Shown here piece after piece: positions 25,070 to 39,000 of a stretch of DNA of 64,000 nucleotides. Numbering within the stretch: the stretch's first letter is position 1; each line of letters starts with the position of its first letter. Position numbers and translations under genes: made by a program. The DNA is from Hemiscyllium ocellatum (Eukaryota): positions 33,095,575 to 33,159,574 of the forward strand of contig NC_083425.1 in NCBI RefSeq assembly GCF_020745735.1, read 5' to 3'. The notes under the pieces were generated by a model. That model saw nothing but the letters and a program-made list of their open reading frames with translations, had not been told where the DNA came from and did not search any database.

Positions 25070-26660
25070 GCTTTGGCAAATAGGGTTAATAAGAATCCAA
25101 AAGGTTTTTGTGAATAAATAAGGGCAAAAGGGTAACTAGGGAGAGAATAGGGCCCCTCAAAGATCAGCAAGGCAGCCTATGTATGGGGCTGCAGGAGATG
25201 GGGGAGATACTAAGTGAGTATTTTGCATCAGTGTTTACTGTGGAAAAGGCCATGGAAGATATAGAATGTGGGGAAATAGATGGCAACATCTTGAAAAATG
25301 TCCATATTACAGAAGAATGTCCATATTATGGGTGGCACAGTGGTTAGCACAGCGCCAGAGACCCGGGTTCAATTCCCGCCTTAGGCAACTGACTGTGTGG
25401 AGTTTGCACGTTCTCCCCGTGTCTGCGTGGGTTTCCTCCGGGTGCTCTGGTTTCCTCCCACGGTCCAAAGATGTGCAGGTCAGGTGAATTGGCCATGTTA
25501 AATTGCCTGTAGTGTTAGGTAAGGAGTAAATGTAGGGGTATGGATGGGTTGCGCTTCGGCGGGTCAGTGTGGACTTGTTGGGCCCAAGGGCCTGTTTCCA
25601 TACTGTGACTAATCTAATCTAATCTAATCTAAAGAGGTGTGCTGGATGTCTTGAAATGCATAAATGTGGATAATTCCCCAGGACCCGATCAGGTGTACCA
25701 TAGAACTCTGTAGGAAGCTGGGGAAGTGATTGCTGGCCCTTTTGCAAAGATATTTGTATCATCAATAGTCACAGATGATGTGCCAGAAGACTGGAGGTTT
25801 GAGTGGTGCCGCTAATTAAGAAAGGTGGTAAGGAAAGGCCAGGGAACTATAGACTGGTGAGCCTGACATCAGTGATGGGCAAGTTGTTGGAGGGAATCCT
25901 GATGGACAGTATCGTCATGTGTTTGGACAGGCAAAGACTGATTAGGGAGAGTCAACATGGGTTTGTGTCTCATGCCTCATGAATTTGATTGAGTTTTTTC
26001 AAGAAGTAACAAAAAGGATTGATACGGGCAGGGCGGTAGATGTGATTTTATGGACTCCAGTAAAGCATATGACAAGGTTCCCTCTGGGAGATTGGTTAGC
26101 AAGGTTAGATCTCATGGAATACAGGGAGAACTAGCCATTTGGATACAGAACTGGTGCAAAGGTAGAAGACAGAGGGTGGTGTTGGAGGTTTGCTTTTCAG
26201 ACTGGAGGCCTATAACCGATGGAGTACCACAAGGATTGGTGCTGGGTCCACTGCTTTTCGTCACTTATATAAATAATTTGGATGTGAGCACAGAAGGAAT
26301 AGTTAGTAAGTTTGCAGTTGGCACCAAAATTGGAGGTGTGGTGGACAGTGAAGAAGGTTACCTCAGAGTACAATGGGATCTTGACCAGATGGGCCAATGG
26401 GCCAATGGGCTGAGAAGTGGCAGATGGAGTTTAATTTAGATAAATGCAAGGTGCTGCATTTTGGTAAAGCAAATCAGAGCAGGACTTATACACTTACGAG
26501 TAAGATCCTAGGGAGAGTTGCTAACAAAGAGACCTTAGAGTGCAGGTTCATTGTTCCTTGAAAGTAGAGTTGCAGGTAGATAGGATAGTGAAGAAGGCAT
26601 TTGGTATGCTTTCCTTTAATGGATCTGTTTCCATGCTGTACATCTCTATGACTCAATGAC
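25070..26660 (+). mobile_element. CR1 LINE (RT region to 3' end) with HE1 V-SINE insertion at 25330-25631 (+)
   Basis: ORF 26050-26439 MDSSKAYDKVP...QGLVLGPLLF...FAVG. The SINE has TGGCACAGTGG / GGTTCAATTCC boxes and an (AATCT)n tail. Confidence 0.9.
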
Positions 26661-27249
26661 TAAGTCTTTTGTTTCACCTTATCTTTCTGCATTCCTTGAA
26701 GGAGAAACACAAAATGTGTCCGCAGTTTGGGACATAAACTGCAGGGGCTGGCTTGTGTTCGAGCAGGGGATTACCAGCTCCTTGTTATCTTTGTAGCACA
26801 GACCTGTCTGCCCTGACTTGCCTCTCCCCACTTCTTTGAAGGGTTGTTGTTCGAAATTCCTTTCATATCTATAGGTGTGACATTCCATGGGTTCCTCTCT
26901 CCAATAATATACTTTCCATCCAACAGTCCTTTTTTAAAATACACACTTCAGAATTACAAGTGAAAAATGTGAAAAATACTTTAATGTTGTAACACTGTGG
27001 GCATGACAACTGTAATAAAAGTTGGTATTATAATAATAGTATGTCATTCAATATCTTTTGAGTGAATAGGTCAGTTTCCAAGCTCCTGGTTTTCACGAAA
27101 GAAACATGCCATTGAGCAGGAACAGACCAACTGCTGTGGAATTAAGGAACTGCTTTCATTTGTTCAGGCTATTTAATTTGATGATTGACACAGTTGGAGT
27201 ACACACAACAAATAATACTTTACAACAAACAACACTTTTGAAGGAGTTG

Positions 27250-27470
27250 ATAAAATGTGGTGCTGGAAAAAGCACAACAGGTCAAGCAGCAGCAGAAGAG
27301 TAGGAGAGTCAGCATTTTAGGTAGGACCCTTTGTTCTGTCCTGATGAAGGGTCCTGCCTGAAACATTGACTCTCCCTGTCCTCTGATGCTGCTTGACTTG
27401 CTGTGCTTTTTCCAGCACCACATTTTATCAATGCTGACTTTCCAGCATCTGCAGTCCTCACTATCTCCAA
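27250..27470. mobile_element. Fold-back mini Penelope-like remnant
   Basis: Inverted arms around a ctgatgaaggg...gaaac core; no TSD found. Confidence 0.75.
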
Positions 27471-27477
27471 CTGGAAT

Positions 27478-27780
27478 GTTGTGTGCAATACCGGTCTCCC
27501 TCCTTCATTTAGGAAGAATGTTGTGAAACTTGAAAGGGTTCAAAAAGGATTTACAAAGATGTTGCCAGGGTTGGAGAGTTTGAGCTAAAAGACGAGGCTG
27601 AACAGGCGGGGGATGTTTTCCCTGGAGCATCGGAGGCTGAGGGGCTACTTTATAGCGATTTATATAAATGGGCCAAATACTGGCAAATGGGACTAGATTA
27701 ATTTCAGATATCTGGTCAGCATGGACGAGTTGGACAGAAGGGTCTGTTTCCATGCTGTACATCTCTATGACTCCATGACT
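27478..27780 (+). mobile_element. Internally deleted CR1 3' end
   Basis: RKNVVKLERVQKGFTKMLPGLE, then the CR1 tail ctctatgactccatgac. Confidence 0.85.
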
Positions 27781-28149
27781 TTGACTTTTGAGGGAAGTGC
27801 ATTGTCTGAATTGATATTTTGAATTAGCATGAATAAAAAACTTCTCAAAACTTCCTTTGTCAGTGAGCAGACAGACAAAGCTGATAACTTTATTGCAGTG
27901 TGTCTCTGTAGCCTTTTTGCACAGCTTAGTTGGTTCATTATTCATTGGTAGACATTGACCCCTTCCATCCACAACTCATACATTGACATGACTTTGTGTC
28001 TTGAGGTGATCAAGGTGGGTTATCTTACAAAGGATTTATATATTGAGTGACTGACAGCAGACCTAGCATTGACATGCACATTGGTACAATGAATCTGGAT
28101 ATTCAGTTGTTAGATGTCATAACTTAGTAGGTTAATGCACCTGTCTGCA

Positions 28150-28665
28150 AATGTGTTGCTGGTCAAAGCACAGCAGGCCAGGCAGCATCTCAGGAATAGA
28201 GAATTCGACGTTTCGAGCATAAGCCCTTCATCAGGAATAGGAGAGAGAGAGCCAAGCAGGCTAAGATAAAAGGTAGGGAGGAGGGACTAGGGGGAGGGGC
28301 GATGGAGGTGGGATAGGAGGAAGGAGGTCAAGGTGAGGGTGATAGGCCGGAGTGGGGTGGGGGCGGAGAGGTCAGGAAGAGGATTGCAGGTTAGGAGGGC
28401 GGTGCTGAGTTGAGGGAACCGACTGAGACAAGGTGGGGGGAGGGGAAATGAGGAAACTGGAGAAATCTGAATTCATACCTTGTGGTTGGATGGTTCCCAG
28501 GCAGAAGATGAGGCGCTCCTCCTCCAGCCGTCGTGTAGTTGTGTTCTGCCGGTGGAGGAGTCCAAGGACGTGCATGTCCTCGGTGGAGTGGGAGGGGGAG
28601 TTAAAGTGTTGAGCCACGGGGTGATTGGGTTGGTTGGTTCGGGCGGCCCGGAGGTGTTTCCTGAG
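28150..28665 (-). mobile_element. Penelope-like family A 3' fragment
   Basis: ORF 28372-28677 (GIY-YIG C-terminus) and family tail. Confidence 0.88.
28203..28238 (-). ncRNA. Minimal type-I hammerhead ribozyme motif in Penelope pLTR (most intact copy)
   Basis: AUUC-CUGAUGA-A-GGGC(UUAU)GCUC-GAA-AC-GUC-GAAU: core, stem I and stem II pair, and stem III is the palindrome ACGU. Activity untested. Confidence 0.7.
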
Positions 28666-28802
28666 TTCCAATACCAATGGTTCCTTCCTTTAGGAGACAG
28701 GGCTCAAGTCCTACCTGTTCCAGATGTGTGTACAAACATCCCTGAACAAGTTGGTTAGAAAGGGTTAAAATAAACTTAGTAGTTGGTTCTCTGCAATATG
28801 AG

Positions 28803-28988
28803 CCGAAAATGTGTTGCTGGAAAAGCACAGCAGGTCAGGCAGGATCCAAGGAGCAGGAGAATTGACGTTTCGGGCATGAGCTCTGCCTGAAACGTCGATT
28901 CTCCTGCTCCTTGGATGTTGCCTGACCTGCTGTGCTTTTCCAGCAACACATTTTCAGCTCTGATCTCCAGCATCTGTAGTCCTCACTT
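28803..28988. mobile_element. Fold-back mini Penelope-like insertion
   Basis: Near-perfect hairpin centred on gagctc. 15-bp TSD tctctgcaatatgag at 28788-28802 and 28989-29003. Confidence 0.88.
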
Positions 28989-29929
28989 TCTCTGCAATAT
29001 GAGTAGGCCAATAAATTTGTATGATCCTGACATATTTTACTGTGATAACAAGGTGAATAAATTCCTCAGCAACACTACCAAATAGAAAGAAGAAATTTTA
29101 GCCATTATGATAAAGCAGTGAAACAGTATGGATAGAATTAAGGAGCTGTACTCATGCAAATTTATGGTCAGAAGTTTAGGTTTAATACATTTCAAAACCA
29201 AAATACTAGGTTTAATGATGAGTAAAAAACTAGAGTTAACTGCCTTTTTGACAGAAAGAATGCATCCTGTTGATAAAAGCATGATTGATCAAAATTTATC
29301 TAAGTTGCAATGGGAAAAAGTACAGTTCACAAGCTAGATTGTAAGAAGGCAAACTTAGGGCCAGAGAGAAGCAAATTGAGCAGAGAAACCATGCCTGAAG
29401 TATTAGTAGTTGAACCTGCAGACAACTTAACATCTCTAAAAGACCTTCATGTGAGTAAAAGCTCCCTGCTTGAGTTAATCAGCAATCATCAACAAATAAA
29501 ACATTTGTATATTTATTATTGAGCTTGTGCAAAGTCATGCAAAACAATAACCTTGGCAGTGTTAATCTAATAAACAAAATAACATAAGTTCAGCTAAAAG
29601 GAAAGATTGACACAAATGCCGAGAAAATGCATGGGCTTCCTACTCTCCATTGACCCATTCTCAAACTCCACTGTCCACTGTTTCCATTCTGATAGCCCCT
29701 GCATCACTCCACTGTTACCCTTATTCACACGCTTCTGTCCTCTGCAGCAAGCTTTCAAGTCTGGATATCTTTACCTTCTCTGGGATATCCTGTCAGTACA
29801 TTGGGTAATGTCCCTACTACAAGTGAATAAGACAAAATTATCCTTCACCCCACATCCACCCACCCACCCACTTGAATTGCATCTACACCTCAGCCCACAA
29901 CTATGTGCAACCCAAACAAATCCACAACA

Positions 29930-30050
29930 CACAGACATAGATAACACAGACACACACGGAACACACACACACACACAAACACACACGGAACACACACACA
30001 CACATCTGATACTGATCTGCACCCTATACACACATTGCATCCTGAACACA
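29930..30050. repeat. CA-rich low-complexity/microsatellite tract (similar tracts at 22190-22440 and 49995-50090)
   Basis: Imperfect (CA)n runs are directly visible. Confidence 0.85.
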
Positions 30051-30857
30051 CGAGTAAGCTGTTTCACAATAGCATCATTCTGCACACATATATGCACCTC
30101 TCCACCCCCACACTTGCACATTACCTCACAGGCATGGCCACGTGCATTAGACTGAGGAGCTGCCCTCATGCAAGTTCTTGACATGGAACTTACCACTAAT
30201 TGCACTATATTCAAGCTCACCATGGTAATAGGGAGGGCTGAGGGATAAGTAAACTCGCAATGGTTTAGTTCAAGTTGCATATTATAAAGTTTTGAGAGTG
30301 CCTTCGGTTTTATAGCTTCTCAATATTTATATCAATAACCTGGACAAAATGCCAAACCTGTTCCAGTGAAGCTTCCAACTGTATGCATGATGGCGGGATA
30401 AAATTTCAGTCATTGTTCAATCCAAAATCCATTGTGGCCCAAATCTTCCAATAGGTTTAGTTGAATTTGTGGAAATTACCCAGGAGTTGAAATTTCAGAT
30501 ATCAATTACCCATCTTCTGAAATCAGAGTTAGAGTCAGTGACTTTGGAGCTAATTGTTAACATTAGCTTTCACTCCCAGCTAATGTTAAAACTGACACAT
30601 CCAGCTCACCACTGACACTGCCAGATTGTCTCTCCACCAACTGTCCCCAGATACCTGACCCATCCTCCTGGGTCCATCAACACCCATAAACTAACACCTG
30701 ACACCACCTGGATCTGAACTCTACACCTCGAAATGATTCCAATTCTTGATGACTCACATGGATACTGAAACCCCCAATCCTAACTTGAACCCTGATTTCC
30801 CCCCAAAACCCAATAGATCCGTTCAACATCCACCTCTCAGATCACAACCACCCAATA

Positions 30858-31185
30858 TGGGTGGCAGGGCAGCTCAGTGGTCAGCACTGCTGCCTCATAA
30901 CGCCAGGGACCCTGGATTCAATACCTGCCTCAAGAAACTGTCTGTGTGGAGTTTGCATGTTCTCCCCGTGTCTGCGTGGGTTTCCTCTGGGTGCTCCGGT
31001 TTCCTTCCACAATCCAAAGATGTGCAGGTCAGGTCAATTGGCCATGCTATATTGCCCATAGTGTTAGGTGCATTAGTCAGAGGTAAATATAGGAGAATGG
31101 GTCTGGGCACATTACGCTTCGGAAGGTCGGTGTGGACTTGTTGGGCCAAAGGGCCTGTTTCCATACTGTAGGGAATCTAATCTAA
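30858..31185 (+). mobile_element. HE1-type V-SINE
   Basis: A/B boxes, V-core gtgtggagtttgcatgttctccccgtg, aatctaatct tail. Confidence 0.9.
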
Positions 31186-32754
31186 AAAAAAACACCCACC
31201 ACTGCACTGCATGCCTCAGCATCTCAGACCCTACACCTATCCATCTGGTACTGGTAGTACCCACAACCTATAATATTATTCCTCTATCCACATGCCAGCT
31301 GCACCACTCACAGTTACACACCAACACACAAACCCCTCGCTTATTGTAAATATTTACCTTCCCTCAGTAGTCAAACTGGCTTTAGGCACTTCAAACCACA
31401 GAATATAGCAATTACTGCTGTAAAAAAAAGGCGCTGATTCAGCACTGATCCACTCTGCTGCTGCCTATGTGGAATTGCTGAACTGGACTGGTTTGCATCG
31501 CTTCATCTGGGAAGGCTCTTGTCTCAAATTCTGTCCTGAAACCTCTTCTGGATGTTGGTATGTCATGACATACTGGAGTAACACACTGGAAATCCAGCCT
31601 CATTATTCCCAGAAACATTGCAAAAATTAAACATTTCAGCAAAGTAAGTATGCAAAATTCCCATTTATCTGTCTCTCTAGAACCAGGCAAACAGAAAATA
31701 TGGACCAGGATTCTGTATTTAATATGAATGACTGTTTATTTAAAAAAAAGACTAGACATAGGTACGCAACAATGAACTGCTGACATTTAACTCTAATAGT
31801 TAAAACTTGAACCCCCTTACAAAAGTATCTCGGCATTCACATACAGACAGTCAAAAAAAATTGATGTCATGGGTGTGGGGTGTTGAATGGCCTGCATCCA
31901 TGGGATGTATTAAGATGATCCAATTGCTGGGCAGGATTTGCTGTTCTTCAATTTTTCTTCATCAGATATTATTCACTTCTTTGTGAACGGAATGGAGAGA
32001 CCTGTTCACAAATTATAAAGTTTACTGGTTAAAAGCAACAGTTTAGAGCAATTCGTGAGGGAAAATAAACTCGCTTTCTTCAGGTTTCAAATATGTTCTC
32101 CTGCAGACAGACAAACCACCTCGTCTTCCAGATGAACTGAAGATCTCTGGCAATATTGTTCATACCCAAAACTTGTTCAGCTACCCAGAAGCCAATGATA
32201 ACTTTTATAAGGAGGTTTGAGATTTAACGAGTAGAGTCATTGGCTGGCAGAAGACCTTTGTTATCCAGAGCTGGTCAGAACTTCTCAAACCAATCAGCTA
32301 CTTGTTGTTGACTGAATCTTATGTGTACCCATTCCCTGGTGCCAGCCTCTCTGCCTCCTCCACTGCTTAAACTAAGCAGCAGTGTAAATACCACTGAGAA
32401 TGTGTTTCAGTAACTTCCTTTCAAAAATTGCCATGATCCCTTCCACATCCTTGGTTTTTAAAACAGCCATTTTATCACTTCAGTTCACAACCAAAAATGC
32501 AGAAAAGAAGAAAGATATAGTTTTTATAGTGAGGCAACATTTTGTCTGGTCTGGGTCAGAAATAGGGATTCCTACACAGATCAGAAGTTTAGAACCATTA
32601 AATTCCAAGATTCCAAGATGTCCGTTGGAAAATGACATTTGCAATGAAACACTAACAGAAAAACTTCCACTTCAATTTGCTGGGAATGAAAAGTACTTAA
32701 TCGGAATTTATAACTAAAAACTGCTGAACATGGTGTCGGATTATTGCAAAACGT

Positions 32755-32760
32755 TTTATT
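32755..32760 (-). terminator. Candidate polyadenylation signal of gene B
   Basis: AATAAA on the minus strand about 300 nt after the stop, followed by a U-rich stretch. Confidence 0.45.
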
Positions 32761-33065
32761 TTATGAATCATCACAACTATTTTTGTCATGAAAAGTCTGC
32801 TACAATTCCAAGAAATCTAACCATGCAAATAACAAGGACAGTGGTTTTCATTAAATGTAGTTATAACTGTATTGTGATTATAACAATTTTTCTCAGTGCT
32901 CATATGGAAAATTATTTTCATATTTTTCATGATTATTCTTGCATACCTTTTAGAAACAAGTAAATTTCTACGAAGTGTTTTTAATATCATTTGATACAAT
33001 GTTTTCGCAGAAATTACATTTAGTAGAAAATTGATTAATAAGATCAATGTCTTTCCAGGCCATCT

Positions 33066-33079
33066 TCAGTCTTCATTAT
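33066..33079 (-). CDS. Gene B probable terminal coding exon (DNED-stop)
   Basis: Perfect TACTAAC branch point (33098-33104), pyrimidine tract and cag|AT; phase 1 gives GAT AAT GAA GAC TGA. An intervening small exon cannot be excluded. Confidence 0.65.
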
Positions 33080-36000
33080 CTGTTGGAAATAAAATTTGTT
33101 AGTAAATGGTAAGGCCGTCCTTCTTATTTCAGCTTATACATCCAGAAAGAGTTGCTTATCTACTAAATTAGGTGATGCTGATTCTTTTCGCTCTCATATG
33201 AATGCTTTAGAGAAAATGAAGGATTCAAGTAACTTATGTTAGCAATTGTTATGCAATCATGTACAATGTTATGTATCAAATAACAGTCTACAACAGATAA
33301 ACTCTAGCTGTTCTATTAGTGTTTATCAAAACTTTTTATCGTTTTATGTCGTGGAATCATCTACAGTGCGGGAAAGGCCATTCAGCTCACCAAGTCCTCA
33401 CCAAACCTCCAGACAGCATCCCAGCCAGATCCATCCCCTCACTCTTGTCCCCATTACCATGCACCTCCCATGGCTTAATTCACCTGACCTGCACAACCCT
33501 GGAGCCTATGGGGCAATTCTTCTGGCATGCCCAATCCACCTAACCTGCACATTTTTTGACTGTGGGAGAAAACCGAAGCACTCGACAGAACACCACAGAG
33601 GCATAGGGAGTGCAAACTCCACACAGTCAATGACACAACATTGGAATCAAACCTGCTGTGAGGCAGCAGTGCTAACCACTGTGCCAAACATGGCTTGGAA
33701 AAATATTGCCAATTAAAATTAGTCCCCTTTAGCTCCTGAAAGCTTTAATAAGATGAGTGAACATCTCTGGTGAACAATTCCAATGTCAAGTAGAGGAGTT
33801 AATGGTTAAAATTAGATGAATTAATCTCAGCCAGCTACTGGGGACACTGCAGTTACAATGTAGTGCTTTTCAGCTAAAGTAAATGAAATTCAAACATGGT
33901 TCCATTTGTTAATTATTACCACTGACTCCAGTTGGAATATCCTTTCCATTCACTGTGCAGTGCTCCCTGTCTCTGTCCCTGCCTCAATCCAATTGCTGCA
34001 GTAATTCTCATACTCACTTTAGTTTTCTGCAATCTCGACTGTCCCAGTGCTTTCTCAGCTGGCCACATGTCTTCCATCCTCTACAAACATCCAGTCATTC
34101 TGGCCTCCGTAAATCAACTAAAATCAAATACTGCCCACTCATCACCCATAAGTTCCCTGATTTACACTGGCTCACAACTCTCAATTAAAATTTTTAAGTT
34201 CATGTTCAAATCCTTTCCTATCTTCAAGCCTTCATATCCATGTGATCCCTTTGATCCTTAAAGCCTCTGGAATGCTACAATGCATCAGTTCTAGTTTCTT
34301 GTGCATTTCCAATTTTCACTATCAATGATGGTTGGGCCTTCGGCATTGAGCTTTGAATGTCACTCCTAAGTCTTCATTTCTTCTTGACCTTTTCTCCCTC
34401 TTTAGCTGGATATTGATTTCAATCTGATTATGTTCCTTTCAATTGATTTGGGATGTTTCACACAAGAAGGCACAAATTAAATGCGAGTTGTTTTTGGTGT
34501 TGGGCAAAGGAAATAATACGTTGTCACTGACACAAGGGTCTGCTGGAGTCAGCAATGATCATCTTCATGTTCACATTGGCTGACCTGACTTACTGTATTG
34601 GCCCATACATTGAGGAGAGGCCACTTTGACAGGTATGGAGGATAGTGCAATTTTGTACAGTTGGCAGAATATGATGGGGTGCTTTCCCAATTCCCCCACC
34701 CCCCCACCCCGCCACACCATCCAGAGACAGACAGCCTTCCTGCTTAGGCCAGCTGCACATGTGTATGACAGAATTTGAGTTGGGTTGGAGATGGTGGGTG
34801 CTTAATGTGAGATGAGACCCAGTGAGGAAACTACATCCTCCGCCCCATTTTTGCCACTGAAAGCCAAGCTGGCTTATCTGTTGCACGGTGTCACAGTGGT
34901 TAGCACTGCTGCCTCACAGCGCCAGAGACCCAGGTTCATTTCCCACCTCAGGCAAATGCCTGTGTGGAGTTTGCACATTCTCCCCGAGTCTGCGTGGATT
35001 TACTCCGAGTGCTCCAGTTTCCTCCCACAATCCAAAAATGTGCAGGTTAGGTGAATTGGCCATACTAAATTGCCCGTAGTGTTAGGTGAAGGGGTAAATG
35101 TAGAGGAATGGGTCTGGGTGGGTTGCTCTTTGGAGGGTTGTGTGGACTTGTTGAGCCAAAGGGCCTGTTTCCACAATGTAAGTAATCTAATCATAACCTC
35201 CTCTATGGTCAGGCTAGCAACAACCCTGATGAGGTCTAGGTTTTGCCTGCCACCAAACTAACTACCCTCCCACTGAGACACTCAACCCACCCAAAAATTA
35301 CCTGCTGGTTGGGAGCAAGTGGGAATTTGGAATGACCAGCAGAGTAACTTATTCTGACCCTGGTTTTCAAACATTAGCATAATGTATTTCAACATTGAAT
35401 TAAAATTGGTGAAGGAAAATAGAATCTTAAGTAACAACAATTCCACTTTTACCATGAACAAAATGGATATAATACCTTGACGACTTTGCTTTTTCCAGGA
35501 AAACGCCACCAGAAGTGCCAAAAGTATTAAAAGGACTATGATTGATCCCAGAGATAAATGAATACCAAAAACTGTTCTGATCTTTTCTTCCTTTGACTGA
35601 GAGAATGTTTCATTGTTGGAACACTTCAATCCTGAAATCAGACATGCATGATTGAGCTTTTTTGATTATAATTTATATCATGCACTCCTAAAGCTTTAAT
35701 TCAAACACCAGTCATTGAGATCAGAATGGAGTCAATTATATTAAATTGTGAATTTAAGTGCCCTGAGTTAATTGAATTATGTGCTGGCTACAACTAATTC
35801 CATTTTGGAATTTCTGCGATATGACTAGATGTTGCTGTTGGCCACATTGTCATAAGTGGCATTCAACCCACAAGAAGTATTCAGACACAGGAAACAGGAA
35901 TACATATGACAGGAAGTTATTGAATGTTAGCAGCATGTCCAGCTGGCAGCCAAACATGCTGAGTCAGAACAAGAACTTGTTGTCTGATTCTGCTAATAAG

Positions 36001-39000
36001 CAGAAATTATTTACTAATTTACTAAGGTCTTAAATATAGAAAAATTCTTGTAGTCCAGCTTATGCAACAGATACTCCATATTTTAATAAACAGAGAAGAA
36101 AGACATTTTGATGTTGGTATTGGTTCAGTTTGATTCATGTTGTGCTTTGTTAGGAGACAAAGCATGGCTTAGTAACAGATTAGTATCCCATTAGATGCTG
36201 GGTTGACTATTGCTAATAGATTGCAGATATCATTTTAAAAACTGACTGTGTAATTTCCTGTAACCTGCATGTCACATGGCAATCACATGCAGTTTTAAGT
36301 TAATAATGACGTTAACTGATCTCAAACTCCATCTTAGCAGCTGAGAGCTTCTGGCTCTACTCGGCAATGTAATAGACACCTCTTTAAAATAGTTCTAGCT
36401 CCAAGCTGGGACTTACTCTTTTCTCCATTGACATCACTAGCCATTAATGTCCACTCTGAGCAGCCTGCTCTATATTATGCTCAGACCAAGAGCCATTGAG
36501 CCTTCCATCACCTTGGCCATATTGTTGAGTTTCTAATCTCACTTAGTCCGAGACTTCAGTCACCGGATTTGAGGGAGTTGAGTTTCTTGCCATATTGAAT
36601 CGCTCAGAAATTTAGGACAGTGATCTATGCAACTTTCTTAAGAGTTTCAGGAGTACAGAAAATGATTCCATACATTTTTTTAAAAAGCATCACATTTACA
36701 AAATGACAGTGATTAATGCTTTTATTAATAAATCTATATAATTAAGGAAAAAATGGTATTCATTTTTCTGACACTATTAACTGACACTGGTTCCAACTAC
36801 AGAAAAACAAAGATCAGGCTGGGTGGTGTAGATCCAATGAAAATGAAATTACTGCGCATGAAAAATAATTCATTTTGGCATGTACTTGGCTTTATAAACA
36901 AAATCTCTACCAAGGGGATTTCTGAATCAGTTAGGGAAAGTGGAGTTTGAATTTTGTGCTGCTCATGGTGAAAGCTGTTAATGCCTGGGACTTGAACATT
37001 ACCCAACTTTCTCCAGCCAGTAACATATTGGGAAGTTCCACACTAAATACAGAATATATATTTGTACCAAAGCACTGTGTTTTGTGTTCCATCTCAATGA
37101 AATGCATTCACTTAAAACTCAGGAGTTTATTCCTTGCTGTACTTGCTCATTTCTATATTACCTTCTGCAACCAATAATAATATCACAATTAAAAGTTACA
37201 GCTATTAATTTAAAGAGATGCTGATTTGTTATAACATTTACTATCTGCCTTCAATCATCAGAGAAGCTAGTACCTTGGAATTTCCTAACTTTAGATTAGT
37301 TTTAACATTTTTTTCCAGCTGTCTGCCTTGAAGAAACAAGCAATGTTAAATAGTGCTCTACGTGATGTGGAAACAGTTTGGGTAGAAATGAGAAATCAAA
37401 AAGGCAAAAATCTTGCGGAAGTGGTATACAGATCCCTTACAATGGTTGAATTTTTAGCTTTATTTATTTATTTTTCAATTTCATACAAAGAAGGACTGCA
37501 ATGTTTAACTTAAATTTTACTTCTTTCAATACACTATAATAAGGGTGACTGTAATGTTTAACTTTTAACTTTGTTCCTTATTTCTTTCTACCTTGGTTTT
37601 TGTACTAAGGTGGCACAGTGTGTAGCCACATTGAAACCTTTTCACTGTGCTCCTGTACTTGAGTACATGTAACAATAAAGTCGAAATTTAAATCTAAATA
37701 TCCATCAGCAACCACATTTAGGAGGGAACGGATAAAACAAGAAATAATGTGCGCTTGTCAGAAGGTGCTGAAAAATGTGTTGCTGGAAAAGCGCAGCAGG
37801 TCAGGCAGCATCCAAGGAACAGGAGAATCAATGTTTTGGGCATAAGCCTTCCTGAAGAAGGGCTTATGCCCGAAACATCGATTCTTCTGTTCCTTGGATG
37901 CTGCCTGACCCGCTGTGCTTTTTCAGCAACACATTTTTCAGCTCTAATCTCCAGCATCTGCAGTCCTCACTTTCTCCTCTTTAATTGTCAGAAGGGCACT
38001 TTGATAACCATGGGAGATTTAATCTACATAGAGAATGGAAAACTCAAATGGACAAAAGTAGCCTGGATAAGATGTTCATAGAATATGTTTGGAATGTTTC
38101 CTAAGATAATATGCAAGGTTACAAAGGAGGTGAGAATGGAAATTGCAGGGGCACTGACTGTAATCATGCAGTCTTCCAGGTCTTGGGGTGGTGCCAGGAA
38201 ATTGGAGAATTGCAAACATCATGACTTTGCTAAAACAAAAGTTATTAAGATAAACCCACAAAAATAGACCAGTTTAACTTCAGTCGTGAGGAAATGTCTC
38301 GAAAGAATTATTCAGAATACAATTGGAAGTCACCTGAAAAACGTGGGCTGAATAGGAAAGGCTGATATAAATTTCTAGAGAACTTGTTGTTTAAGTCACA
38401 TGCGGGGGTTTTCAAAAGAAGTAATAGAAAGGATCAATGAGGGTAATGCTGCTGATGTGGCATATACAAACACTTTCTAAAGGCATTTGATAATGTACCA
38501 CACAACAAACTTGTGAGAAAAGGTGTAGCTCATGGAATAAAAGGGTTGGTAGCAGTGAGAATGCAAAACTGGTTGAGTGATCAGAATCTGGGAATAATGG
38601 TTAATGGACGTTTTACAGACTAGAATAAGATTTGTATTAGAGGTCCCCAATAGCTAATATCAGAACCTTTCTTTTCCTAATATATATATTAATAATCTAG
38701 ATCTTAATGTGCAAGGGACAATTTCAAAGTTTGTGATAATACAAAACATGGAAGAATTATAAACTGTGAGGAGATCAGTGTTGAACTTCAAAAGGACATA
38801 GACGAATTGGTGAAGTAGCAGAAGGTGGAAGATAAAGTTCAAGGCAGAGAAGTGTGGGGCAATGTATTTTGGAGGGAAGAATACGCACAGCTAAAACAAG
38901 AGACGCATTTCTAAAGGGGGTGCAGGAGCAGCATGACCTAAATGGGTATTGGTACAGATCTTTGAAGGTACAGGACAGGTAGGGACAGCAGTATGTAAAG

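Noticed and set aside
25330-25400. tRNA-like A and B boxes
   Set aside because: These are the heads of HE1 V-SINEs, not tRNA genes. The same holds for the other copies.
29607-30280. Long ORFs on both strands rich in His/Thr or Cys/Val
   Set aside because: Artefacts of CA/TG low-complexity sequence.
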